This document shows positions 52,861-64,000 of a stretch of DNA of 64,000 nt, piece by piece. Numbering within the stretch: the first letter of the stretch is position 1; each line of letters starts with the position of its first letter. The translations under genes were made by a program, and so were the position numbers. The stretch is taken from the NCBI RefSeq assembly GCF_964355755.1, contig NC_092671.1:38388304-38452303 (forward strand). Direction: 5' to 3'. This DNA is from Antedon mediterranea (Eukaryota > Animalia > Echinodermata). The notes beneath the pieces are model-generated. The model searched no databases and was not told where the DNA came from. It saw only the letters and a program-made list of their open reading frames with translations.

Positions 52861-53319
52861 GTACTGGGCGTGGTACACACCATTATGACTCGTCCATGGT
52901 TACACAGACTAGATGATAATGATGATTATTTTTGGCATTGGAAAAAAGAGTCGTAAATCAGTTTTAAATTACATTAAATGGTAGAATGATTATGTTTTTA
53001 TTGTTACGTTTATAATTCCATGGCAACACATTGTTAGGAAGACAACCGGAGGGAAATAAAAGTATAAAATATGTCAATATTGCATAAAGTTTCATTTAAT
53101 TTTAAAGATTATTATTCAACAAGACAAAAAAAAAAGATTATTATTCAATTAAATGTCATGTTTTTACGCACAAAATTGAATTGATTGCCTTCTGTGGAAA
53201 ACATAAAGACTTCATTGTACTTCACTAAATTAAGTTACAAATCAGATATAATTCAAAGATTGTAAAACGCAGTAATTCCATAGAACATTGTGTTGTTACA
53301 GGGCAATACCAGTCATCAA

Positions 53320-54135
53320 GCGTATGTATCTAAAAAGATATTTAAAGTAATTGGCATCCTTTGTAAATTAAGACACTTTTTTCCACAACATATCTTACTC
53401 TTGTTATATAACACCCTTATACAACCTCATCTTCTTTATTGCAACATTATTTGGGCAGCCGACTACCCATCAAATTTAGAAAAACTTAATAAACAAATTA
53501 AACGTGCTGCCCGTATTATTACTTTCTCTCACTATCTCGCCCCTTCCCAACCTTTACTTAAAAAACTCAATATTCTTAGTCTACATGATCTATTTATTAC
53601 AACACAAATTGCTTCCTTTATTTTTCAATTCTTTAATACCAAACTCCCTGTGACAATGTCTAATCTATTAAGTCATCATACAAAATCACACAAGTACTAT
53701 TTACGTATCGACAATAAATTTCAGCATCTTGATGTACCTCCTTTTAGACTGAAAATTTCCGAATATTTTATTTCTGTTTCAGGACCGCGAATCTGGAATG
53801 ATCTTGATGATAAACTAAAGCATTTTAAATCTCTTTATACTTTTCGTAAAAATTTTAAAAAATATCTTATTTCTTAATACTAATTTTAATATTATTATGA
53901 TTGTAGTACACTGAAAGTATCTATTTTTATTTCATCGTTTTTGTTTTTATTTATTATTTTATGTAGTAAATTGTATTAGTTTAAATGTATGTGTATTGTT
54001 TCTGGGGTCTTTCTCGAGACAAGAAACTTGTTTTCTTCTAGAGAAGACCCCAAATGATGGCTTATTACTATGTTTTCATTTATGTACACACCTATAATTA
54101 TATTATACTGTATAATGCCATTGTTGAATAAATAA
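53320..54135 (+). mobile_element. 5'-truncated LINE (CR1/L2/Crack group): post-RT C-terminal ORF2 and 3' UTR
   Basis: ORF ..KKIFKVIGILCKLRHFFPQHILLLLYNTLIQPHLLYCNIIW..KRAARII..SGPRIWNDL..FRKNFKKYL is typical of the CR1-group ORF2 end. 3' UTR stem-loop at 54003-54052 and an AATAAATAAAT tail. Confidence 0.88.
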
Positions 54136-54913
54136 ATGTTTTTTAAACTTGAATAGTCCTAATACGTTTTGATGTTTTAGTCTAATCTGTAAAAAAGAAA
54201 AATAAGATTAAACTCTCACACGCAAACTTTAACATGGCTGAATTAGCAGACAGCGATCATCAAGGTTAGAACTCAATTTGAACCCGTCCCAACGAGTTAA
54301 AATATGGCACTATAAGCACCATTTAGTGCCTTATTTGATAACACTTCCTATGTGGAATGGTTAAACCAGGTAGTGGCTTTAACTGAACAAGGTTGGATAA
54401 AGCAATTGGCGACTTAAGGGAGGACAAAAAAGGGTTGTCTGCTGACAATAAGAAGATAATACAATCATATTTGTGCAAAACCTTGTAATTAAACAGCTAT
54501 GAGGAAATGTTGATTCAGATTTTTATTAACACCACCAATAGGATGACCTGAATTATAATTATTGTCCAACTACTTAATTTTAGCCCCTCCAGTTATGGCT
54601 TTTAAAACAGCTGGATCATCAATAAAAAGATATTTTTGACCAATGGATATATCCAGGGGCGCTAGAAAGGTCATCAATAATCAATACATATGTTTTTTGT
54701 GAAAAATTTTCCCCTTATTTTGTTTCATTTATTGTTTATTATTAGCTTTTGTTCCACTTAAAGAATTTAAACATGGTTATATATGCAATGTGGGACTTGT
54801 AATGTTTTTCTTTTTTTTAACCATAGAAATGTGTATAGGGTTTTTCATTGTTTTGGCGTCTCTCTCTCCTCGTGATGGTTTTAATAATTGTTTGTATATA
54901 ATTATGTCCCTGA

Positions 54914-55092
54914 AGCGTGGTTCCCACTGGCGACGCAACGCAAGGACGTAATGCAACGCAAGTGAATTGACCAATCACAAGCGATGGCTTATTCGCTTGT
55001 GATTGCTAACTGTCTATAACTTCACTTGTCATTGGTTAACACGCTTGCGTTGCGTTTACGTCCTTGCGTTACGTTCTAGTGGGAACCAAGCT
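54914..55092. mobile_element. Palindromic MITE (AGC.TGGTTCCCACT TIR; Harbinger-like)
   Basis: Long inverted arms GGTTCCCACT..ACGCAAGGACGTAA / TTACGTCCTTGCGT..AGTGGGAACC. Decayed relative at about 62574-62680. Confidence 0.85.
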
Positions 55093-56914
55093 TTATTTTG
55101 GTTCATTTATTGCTTCTTAGTATCAGCTTTTATTCATAATTTAAATATTTTTAATTAATTTCATTAATACAGCAAGTGCTTTGTAACATATTTGTTGTTA
55201 TATTTGTTACTATTATATATTCAAAACAACAGTTAAGAAAACAATGGCATGTGAAAGTGTTAAATGTGGTTTTCCTGATGATCAGACAACTCTAATATTG
55301 GATATCAATTCACGTCAAATTGTAACCACAACTTTGACTTTAGACAGACAATAATTTAAACTCAAAAGGACTTTAAATCTGCTCTGTCCATGAACTATCA
55401 TCAATATATATATTATTACTTTTTCTAAATATCATAAAAATGATGAATGTTCACCTTTAAACTAACTATTGTAAACTTTTCTAGAGCGTAAACTTTGTTT
55501 ATATAACAATTTACTTTGATGATGTCATAGATTTAAAACATGACAACATCTTTTATTCTAGACAACAGTAAAGCTGAAATTGTTTCAAACATTTAAAAAA
55601 CAAGGCTACTGTATATACATGGCTGCAGTCGCGTGCACAAATTTGAGTTAGTCTTTACCGACCAACCAACTGACCGACCAACAGACCACCTGACATAGTG
55701 AGTTGTAGAGTCGCATTTGCACACAAGTAAAAATTAAAATATCTTCTTTTTTTCTTTTCTTACTTTTCTTATACTTACAAGGTTGTTGTTTCTTTGAGGC
55801 TGGTTTTTTCAATTGTGCTGTTTTCATCCTTTTTTTAAAGTCAAAATCTGATCTGAAGAAAATAATTACAATATAATACATTGTTATAAGAAAATGATGA
55901 AGTTAAAAACATTGTGTCTTGACTTTAATATATAAACGTCTGTTTACATTGATACTTCCAAGGTCTACTTTACAGCAAGACAGCTTTCTCATATATCACC
56001 TGTTGTCTGTTGATGTTGTTAAAATAACATCCATGTACCCATGCCAACAAGGACACATATAACATTTAGTAGTCTGTTATACTAATATACAGTTTTTGTG
56101 TTAAGTCAGGTATGTTTCATGTAATGTGTACTTTTTTTCGCCAATACCGGAAAATAATTTGGTGAATGGATTGGGGTGTTAACGTAATCATCGTTCTTGC
56201 GAAAAATTGAATTAAATTGATTTTAACATGAAAAAAAAAAACAAGTTCATTGGTATATCCAACGGGTGTGGCAAGTACTGTAATATCATTGGTGGGTTTA
56301 ACTTTAAGGGAGGAGCCAAAATCTAACTTTTCACCATTACATGGTAGTCATGGGCAAAATACATTTAATATCGTATTCACTGGATAAATGAGGTCATGGT
56401 CACGATACGATACAATATTATTATTGTCATTTTAACAACAATATGGTTGGTTGGTTGACATTTTGATTTACATACAATATACAATGGATATTAAAAAAGT
56501 GTTTAACCAATGAATCTAAAGAGATCACCAGAATCAGTTCATATATCTTACTTTAAGTATAAAAATTAATTCCTCACTCCATTCTTTTAACATTTTAGAA
56601 TACATATAATTTCTAATTCAACATGATTAATAGCATATTAAATACAGATGAATGTATATGTAGTATTATAAAATCCATGAATGAATGTGTAGATATTTTT
56701 TAACACCCAATTTAGCAGCAATAGAAAGTGTAACTAGAAGTGATCTAATGTGTGGGTGTAGGAGCCAGTTATCTGCCTCAAATTAGCCAGGATGGCCAGA
56801 TATAAATCAGTTCATTGACTCACATTTAAGTGAGTCCAAAATAAATCACGAAAAGATTAGATTATTAGTTTAAATTTTATATTGGAGCCATACCACTACT
56901 ACTACTACTAATAC

Positions 56915-58594
56915 TACTACTCAAGGTCAGGGCGACAATACTGTTGGGTAAAAATGACAATTATTACACAGAATCAGGAGTCATACCACTTACAGTACTA
57001 CTACTCTAGGCCAGGGTGACAATACTGTTGTTGGTAAAAATGACAATTATTACACAGAATCAGGAGTCATACCACTTACAGTACTACTACTCTAGGCCAG
57101 GGTGACAATACTGTTGTTGGTAAAAATGACAATTATTACACAGAATCAGGAGTCATACCACTTACAGTACTACTACTCTAGGCCAGGGTGACAATACTGT
57201 TGTTGGTAAAAATGACAATTATTACACAGAATCAGGAGTCATACCACTTACAGTACTACTACTCTAGGCCAGGGTGACAATACTGTTGTTGGTAAAAATG
57301 ACAATTATTACACAGAATCAGGAGTCATACCACTTACAGTACTACTACTCTAGGCCAGGGTGACAATACTGTTGTTGGTAAAAATGACAATTATTACACA
57401 GAATCAGGAGTCATACCACTTACAGTACTACTACTCTAGGCCAGGGTGACAATACTGTTGTTGGTAAAAATGACAATTATTACACAGAATCAGGAGTCAT
57501 ACCACTTACAGTACTACTACTCTAGGCCAGGGTGACAATACTGTTGTTGGTAAAAATGACAATTATTACACAGAATCAGGAGTCATACCACTTACAGTAC
57601 TACTACTCTAGGCCAGGGTGACAATACTGTTGTTGGTAAAAATGACAATTATTACACAGAATCAGGAGTCATACCACTTACAGTACTACTACTCTAGGCC
57701 AGGGTGACAATACTGTTGTTGGTAAAAATGACAATTATTACACAGAATCAGGAGTCATACCACTTACAGTACTACTACTCTAGGCCAGGGTGACAATACT
57801 GTTGTTGGTAAAAATGACAATTATTACACAGAATCAGGAGTCATACCACTTACAGTACTACTACTCTAGGCCAGGGCGACAATACTGTTGTTGGTAAAAA
57901 TGACAATTATTACACAGAATCAGGAGTCATACCACTTACAGTACTACTACTCTAGGCCAGGGCGACAATACTGTTGTTGGTAAAAATGACAATTATTACA
58001 CAGAATCAGGAGTCATACCACTTACAGTACTACTACTCTAGGCCAGGGTGACAATACTGTTGTTGGTAAAAATGACAATTATTACACAGAATCAGGAGTC
58101 ATACCACTTACAGTACTACTACTCTAGGCCAGGGTGACAATACTGTTGTTGGTAAAAATGACAATTATTACACAGAATCAGGAGTCATACCACTTACAGT
58201 ACTACTACTCTAGGCCAGGGTGACAATACTGTTGTTGGTAAAAATGACAATTATTACACAGAATCAGGAGTCATACCACTTACAGTACTACTACTCTAGG
58301 CCAGGGCGACAATACTGTTGTTGGTAAAAATGACAATTATTACACAGAATCAGGAGTCATACCACTTACAGTACTACTACTCTAGGCCAGGGCGACAATA
58401 CTGTTGTTGGTAAAAATGACAATTATTACACAGAATCAGGAGTCATACCACTTACAGTACTACTACTCTAGGCCAGGGTGACAATACTGTTGTTGGTAAA
58501 AATGACAATTATTACACAGAATCAGGAGTCATACCACTTACAGTACTACTACTCTAGGCCAGGGTGACAATACTGTTGTTGGTAAAAATGACAA
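56915..58594. repeat. 86-bp tandem repeat, ~19.5 nearly identical copies
   Basis: Unit GGCCAGGGYGACAATACTGTTGTTGGTAAAAATGACAATTATTACACAGAATCAGGAGTCATACCACTTACAGTACTACTACTCTA. Confidence 0.98.
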
Positions 58595-59889
58595 ATAACA
58601 ACGAAAACCAGCCAAAAAGTAGTAATGAAATTAGTTGCTATATAAATCAAAGCTCACTCCATGAAATATTTGTGACAATTAATAAGTTCATCTATGAATG
58701 GCTGTACAATTTGTAGATTTAATTTGATAAATATTGAAGGCCAAGAAGCACATTAAAGCCTACTGCTGGCATTGGTATGTATAACATTTGTTCACCCGTG
58801 AATGAGTGTGGAGAGCACAGCCTGTGTCTGACAGCTATCTTGAGAAATAGCACTATATAGTTTATGTTAACATTCTGTTCTGCTCCTACTGTGAATTTAG
58901 ATGCAGAACAGTAACCATGTAATATTCATATTCTCACGGTGAACTTTGAATGAAGCTTGGTTTAGTGGTTATACACACTCTTATTTATTATATTATTGAT
59001 AGGTCTATGAAATACTTTTTGTAATGGGATACACTAGCCCACAATATAAATGCACATAACACAAGAGGTGAAACTCCTCGTCAATTTAAGTTTTGGAACC
59101 TTACAATATAAATGTCTGACACTTTTTCCCGAGGGAACCTTTTTTCTGCATATGCTTAAGGTTTCCCTTGGGCTCAGGCTCATATTCTGTTTGCACATGC
59201 TCAATGTTCCCTCCGGGGATCTCTGCACATACAGTTTAAAACGTCTTTAGCCAATCCTGTGACGGATCCGCTTCCCGATCCTCAAGAAATTTCGATACTT
59301 TCACATTTCTTTCCGAGAATTGACAAAACAAAACATCAAAATCTAAACATCAAATAATTTAATTGTGTGAGTATTTGGGATATACATGTTATCTGTGTTT
59401 CTATTGATAAAGACAAATTGGCATGTGAGAAGCCCGACAAAACTGATAGTTGCTTAATTTCCTGAGGTTAAGAACTATTTTGTGAAACACAAATGTTCTT
59501 TTCATCATTAACAAGAAGTTTCAATCAATTCAGATGTTTACAATATCTATGAATGAAGAAGATTGTTGTAATTTAATGTAATTAATACTAAATACAATGT
59601 ATTAGTTTGTTTTATGACTGTAACTGATGTAATCTATTCTCTCAAACCAGTGCATAATACTAGCAGAATTGTGCAACAGCCGAGATAACTACAAACTTTA
59701 GCAAAGTTGTGCTTTTGAATAAAATCTTTAGGAAGAAAGTGCAAATATGTTTTTACTCCACCAGCAACAGGTGAATTAGAATGCACAATGAATTCAAAAG
59801 ATGTATTTTGCGCGAATACAAATTTACCACTTTCTTTTCGTATAAATAAACGCATTCTATCATGGTAGTGGTACTGCTATGACTGTAAA

Positions 59890-60020
59890 CACTACACTAA
59901 CAAACTTTATGTGAAAAAAAATGTGATGTGCCCATATCACTATCATAAATTTGATTATATCACTACCATATTTGGACATATCACACTTTTTTTGTCAAAC
60001 TAGTTTGATAGTGTAGACAG
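59890..60020. mobile_element. MITE copy (TGTCTACAC family)
   Basis: Right TIR GTTTGATAGTGTAGACAGA plus the family internal sequence. Confidence 0.8.
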
Positions 60021-60461
60021 ACTGAGCTTTAGAAAGCTAACATAAATTAGTAATGATAGCTGATATCTATAATCTTCGATTGTAGTCACACCGAGGTAGC
60101 ACTGTTTATTCAGCATTTAAACTGAATTAGACATAGGCCTACGCATTTTTATTTTTCTAAAGTTTTAGCTATCTTAGGGTTCACCATCTATCCAACATAA
60201 TTGCTCTGAAAGAGCCAATTATCAAGAACAGCCTACAGAAATTTGAGAGCATATTATAGCTTGACAGTAAATAATACACAACATTAATAACGAGGTAGAC
60301 AGTCACACCGAAAGCGAAACATAGGGTCAAGAGGGCGATGCATACCTTTCATGCACATGACCTTAAGGGTGCAGAAGCCTAAATATGATAGGCTAAAGTG
60401 TAAATTAGGGTGATAAATATATAGACCAACTGTTATTTGCTCAGTATAGAATACGGTTTAA

Positions 60462-60745
60462 AGACCTCTTCCCTGCAATTTTGGACGTTTTTTGGAAAAT
60501 AATACATATATATCACTTTAAAAACATTAAACCATGTCATTCCTTGTCTTAAATGTATGTTTTATGGTAAATTATGATAAAAAGTGAGAAACAATGCACT
60601 ACCTAAGTAGCTCGCGGCAATCGACCTCTCGTGGACGGTCTTGGACCTAGCCTAGCTAGGCTTAGTTTTGTAGGCCTAGCTGGTAAACATCGGTAACGTA
60701 CGAACATCATACGCTAGCTATATACCTAGCCTGACGTTGTATAGT
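60462..60745 (-). mobile_element. Truncated Kolobok-like element (copy 3, inverted)
   Basis: Reverse complement of the last ~285 bp of 17843-18468, beginning at TTAA|AGACC. Confidence 0.88.
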
Positions 60746-61159
60746 AACAAAGGGAATCTCAAAAACAAATTTAATTTTTTTTTTTTAACAGTTGTCTGTC
60801 TGAAGACAGGATAGACACAAGCCACCAAACATATTGATAACATATAGAAAAGGAAATTAAAAAGCCTGACTGCAGCATCCACACATCAAGAGAGAGGAAG
60901 CCACGGTAATGGGTCTGTATGCCTCCCGTGACAAGATAGATTAAAACAAATATGAAGGCAACTGAGTAAGGCTGTTGAAATCTAGAGCCTACTCAAATAA
61001 TTTTCAAAATCGGTTGGTTGCATCTATCGTGTACAAACATACTAACAAATATGAAAACCCTACTACGTTTGTGAACACATATATGACAAAATATATTTAC
61101 ATTACAAAATTCTGTCTGGTGGATGTGGTTTTAAAAAACAACATTTGAAACAAACTTTA

Positions 61160-61335
61160 AAGCTCTGTTTACACTATCAAACTTTATGCGACAAAAAAAT
61201 TGTGATACGCTCATATATGGACATGATGATGTCATATCACAACCATATTTAAGCATATCACTACCATATTTAAGCATATCACTACCATATTTGGGCACAT
61301 CATACTTTTTTGTCAAACTAGTTTGATATTGTACA
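61160..61335. mobile_element. MITE copy (TGTCTACAC family)
   Basis: AGCTCTGTTTACACTATCAAAC.. with three internal 21-bp CATATCACTACCATATTT units. Confidence 0.85.
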
Positions 61336-62228
61336 TGGTATGTTACACAGTATGAACACAGTTCAGATCATCTTTTAATTATGGATCATTATTTTTTATA
61401 TACACGATAAAAAATAATCACTTGCACTTGGGATTATTAGGGCGAGTGAAAGCTCTGCTAATTGTTCTGGCTGTTTTACTTTATCATTTTGATTTAGCTT
61501 TTTGCTTTTTTTTCTCCATTGAGATCCAGCCATTGATACACACAGCATTGTCATTTTTTCAGTAGTTTGCCTTTGCCTTTCAAGAATAATAATAATGAAT
61601 AAATAATCGTTTATTGATAGGTTAGCAGGAAAGGTTCAAGCAGGGGGGTTGATATTAGAACTTTGTGTACTACAGTACTTCTATATGCTTTACTACCTCT
61701 ACAAAATACTTGACTTCCTGTAAGAATTATCAACACATTATCTACTTAAATGAACAGACATTGTGGAAGGTCAACTACCATAGCAACAAAAGTAAAAGTG
61801 ACCATCAACCTTGACAACACAAGTTAACTTGATCTAATAATAGAGAGAATTTCATTGGTCAAATATTTTCTCCAGGTCTCATTTAAGTTTTTATTTAATT
61901 TATGACAGTTTAATGGTGATATTATAAAGTGAAGGGTATCACTTCAAAATGCCAACATGCCTGAGAGGAAAAGAATGTGAAAGAAGAAGATAAAGTCTTT
62001 AATTAGTTAAAGTCATGATAATGAGACATAAAATAGTTAAGTTTGCTAATTGATGTTAAGTGTTGTCGGATATAACGTTAATGAAAGAATACCAGACATA
62101 TGCCAGATCAAAAAGAAATTAAATTAAAAAAAAAAAAATATTCTACCAGTGAGACAGCACATATTTATAACATCCTGTAATGTTGACAAATGCATAAAAA
62201 TGATTAATTTTTAATATTAAAAATGTTG

Positions 62229-62376
62229 GTAGATTTAATGTTCATTGGGTTTCTGATTTCTGAATCATTTTTCTAAGTCAAATATTTATTTAAAAAACAG
62301 TATGATGATGAATAAATAAATATTTGACTTAGAAAAATGATTGAGAAATCAGAAACCCAATGAACATTAAATCTAC
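62229..62376. repeat. 64-bp inverted repeat (hairpin, one mismatch, 20-nt loop)
   Basis: 62229-62292 is the reverse complement of 62313-62376 except for one G/C. Confidence 0.92.
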
Positions 62377-63189
62377 AATATTCTTCATAAAATATCCTGC
62401 AGTTTTAAATTATTCTTTCCAATACTACAACACTATGCAGTGAAAGCAGTTAACAAAATAAAACAGAAACTATATACTGTACAGGTATATTGTTTCAAAC
62501 TTTATCAATGGGATAGTAAAGAAATATGACTACATGCGCACTGAACCGAAATTAATATTAATGTTTAAAAAATGGTTCCCACTTAGACACAAAGCAAGGA
62601 AATAAGCGCATCTTAAGTAATTTAACCAATCACGACACGATAGCTCATACGTACTGTCGCTTGCGATTGGTCAACTCACTTTACAGAACAGAATAAAACC
62701 TTTGTACAATAGGCGATCTATCTTGTACAAGGACAATTGTAATGATTGGTTGGGATGATTGACCTGATTGATGGTCAGTTTTTGTTTTTCACCCTTGTTG
62801 ATATCCTAATTTAATTTCAATTTAAAGAAAGTACAAGGTTGGAAGTAAAAGAACAAAGAAATCTTGTAATGAAACCACATTAATTTATAAATGGAACTAC
62901 AGTACATTAATGTGGGTATAAACATTAAAACACATGTCAATTAAATGTCTAAGGACAAATACAAACAATGTTGGTTTCATGCCTTGCAGTATTACTGTTT
63001 TTAATATTTTAATTTATCATTTTATTATCTAGCAAGTTTTATTGGGTTTTTATCCATATTTTAAAACTTTTATTTACTAAAAACAGGACCATTATTATGT
63101 AAAATAGGTGCTACATCTAATATCTGTTATGTTTTATCCTGTATAAATGTTTTAAATCAATTTCAAAAAATAAATTTCAAAAAATAGTC

Positions 63190-64000
63190 ATGGGGTGTTT
63201 TGTGAATAGAGGTGTCCTCTTAATAGGGGTGTCCCTTTAATAGAGGGGTTCTCTGAATAGTAGTGCCCATGCTATAATAGGGGTATTCTGTGAATAGGGA
63301 TGCCCTCTTAAATAATAGGGGGTGTCCCTTTTAATAGAGGGGTTCTCTGAATAGTAGTGCCCATGCTTTAATAGGGGTATTCTGTGAATAGGGATGTCCT
63401 CTTAAATAATAGGGGGTGTCCCTTTTAATAGAGGGGTTCTCTGAATAGTAGTGCCCATGCTTTAATAGGGGTATTCTGTGAATAGGGATGTCCTCTTAAA
63501 TAATAGGGATGTCCCTTTAATAGAGGGGTTCTCTGAATAGTAGTGCCCATGCTTTAATAGGGGTATTCTGTGAATAGGGATGTCCTCTTAAATAATAGGG
63601 GTGTCCCTTTTAATAGAGGGGTTCTCTGAATAGTAGTGCCCAAGCTTTAATAGGGATATTCTGTGAATAGGGATGTCCTCTCAATTGGGGTGTCCCTTTA
63701 ATAGGGATGTTCTGAGAATAGTGTTGTCCCCTTAATAAATAGGGATGTCCCTTTAATAGAGGGGTTCTCTGAATAGTAGTGCCCATGCTTTAATAGGGGT
63801 ATTCTGTGAATAGGGATGTCCTCTTAAATAATAGGGGTGTCCCTTTTAATAGAGGGGTTCTCTGAATAGTAGTGCCCATGCTTTAATAGGGGTATTCTGT
63901 GAATAGGGATGTCCTCTTAATTGGGGTGTCCCTTTAATAGGGATTTTCTGAGAATAGTGTTGTCCCCTTAATAAATAGGGATGTCCCTTTAATAGAGGGG
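63190..64000. repeat. Compound satellite, ~93-bp unit built from ~18-20-bp AATAGRGG..GTCCC subunits; runs off the window
   Basis: GAGGGGTTCTCTGAATAGTAGTGCCC recurs at about 63243, 63337, 63431, 63523, 63616, 63759 and 63852. Confidence 0.95.

Noticed and set aside
53290-53877. 195-aa ORF as a host gene
   Set aside because: It matches the C-terminal region of CR1/L2-group LINE ORF2 and is followed by a LINE-type 3' UTR.
56915-58594. CRISPR-like appearance of regular arrays (also 26060-26955)
   Set aside because: The units are fully identical with no unique spacers, there are no cas genes, and the context is eukaryotic.

Overview
AT-rich, intron-containing animal genomic DNA. A marine invertebrate deuterostome such as an echinoderm is my inference from the repeat content and a Deu/Nin-type SINE. 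The only well-supported gene is on the minus strand (about 13.55 kb running off the left edge). It has a TATA/CCAAT promoter, a signal-peptide exon, a probable 33-nt micro-exon, one VWC-domain exon, and at least seven symmetric phase-1 exons of 417-450 nt. Each of the seven encodes one copy of a ~140-aa four-cysteine domain that I cannot assign to a named family. The copies alternate between two subtypes, and one copy has lost a cysteine pair. Several weaker phase-1 exon candidates suggest alternative N-termini. The remaining ~50 kb has no convincing host coding exon. It holds non-autonomous DNA transposons (Kolobok-like, Harbinger-like, Tc1/mariner-like, one with a 5-bp TSD, some nested), tRNA-derived SINEs, LINE 3' remnants, long hairpins and several minisatellite/satellite arrays. 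All calls were made by eye; no database search was run.
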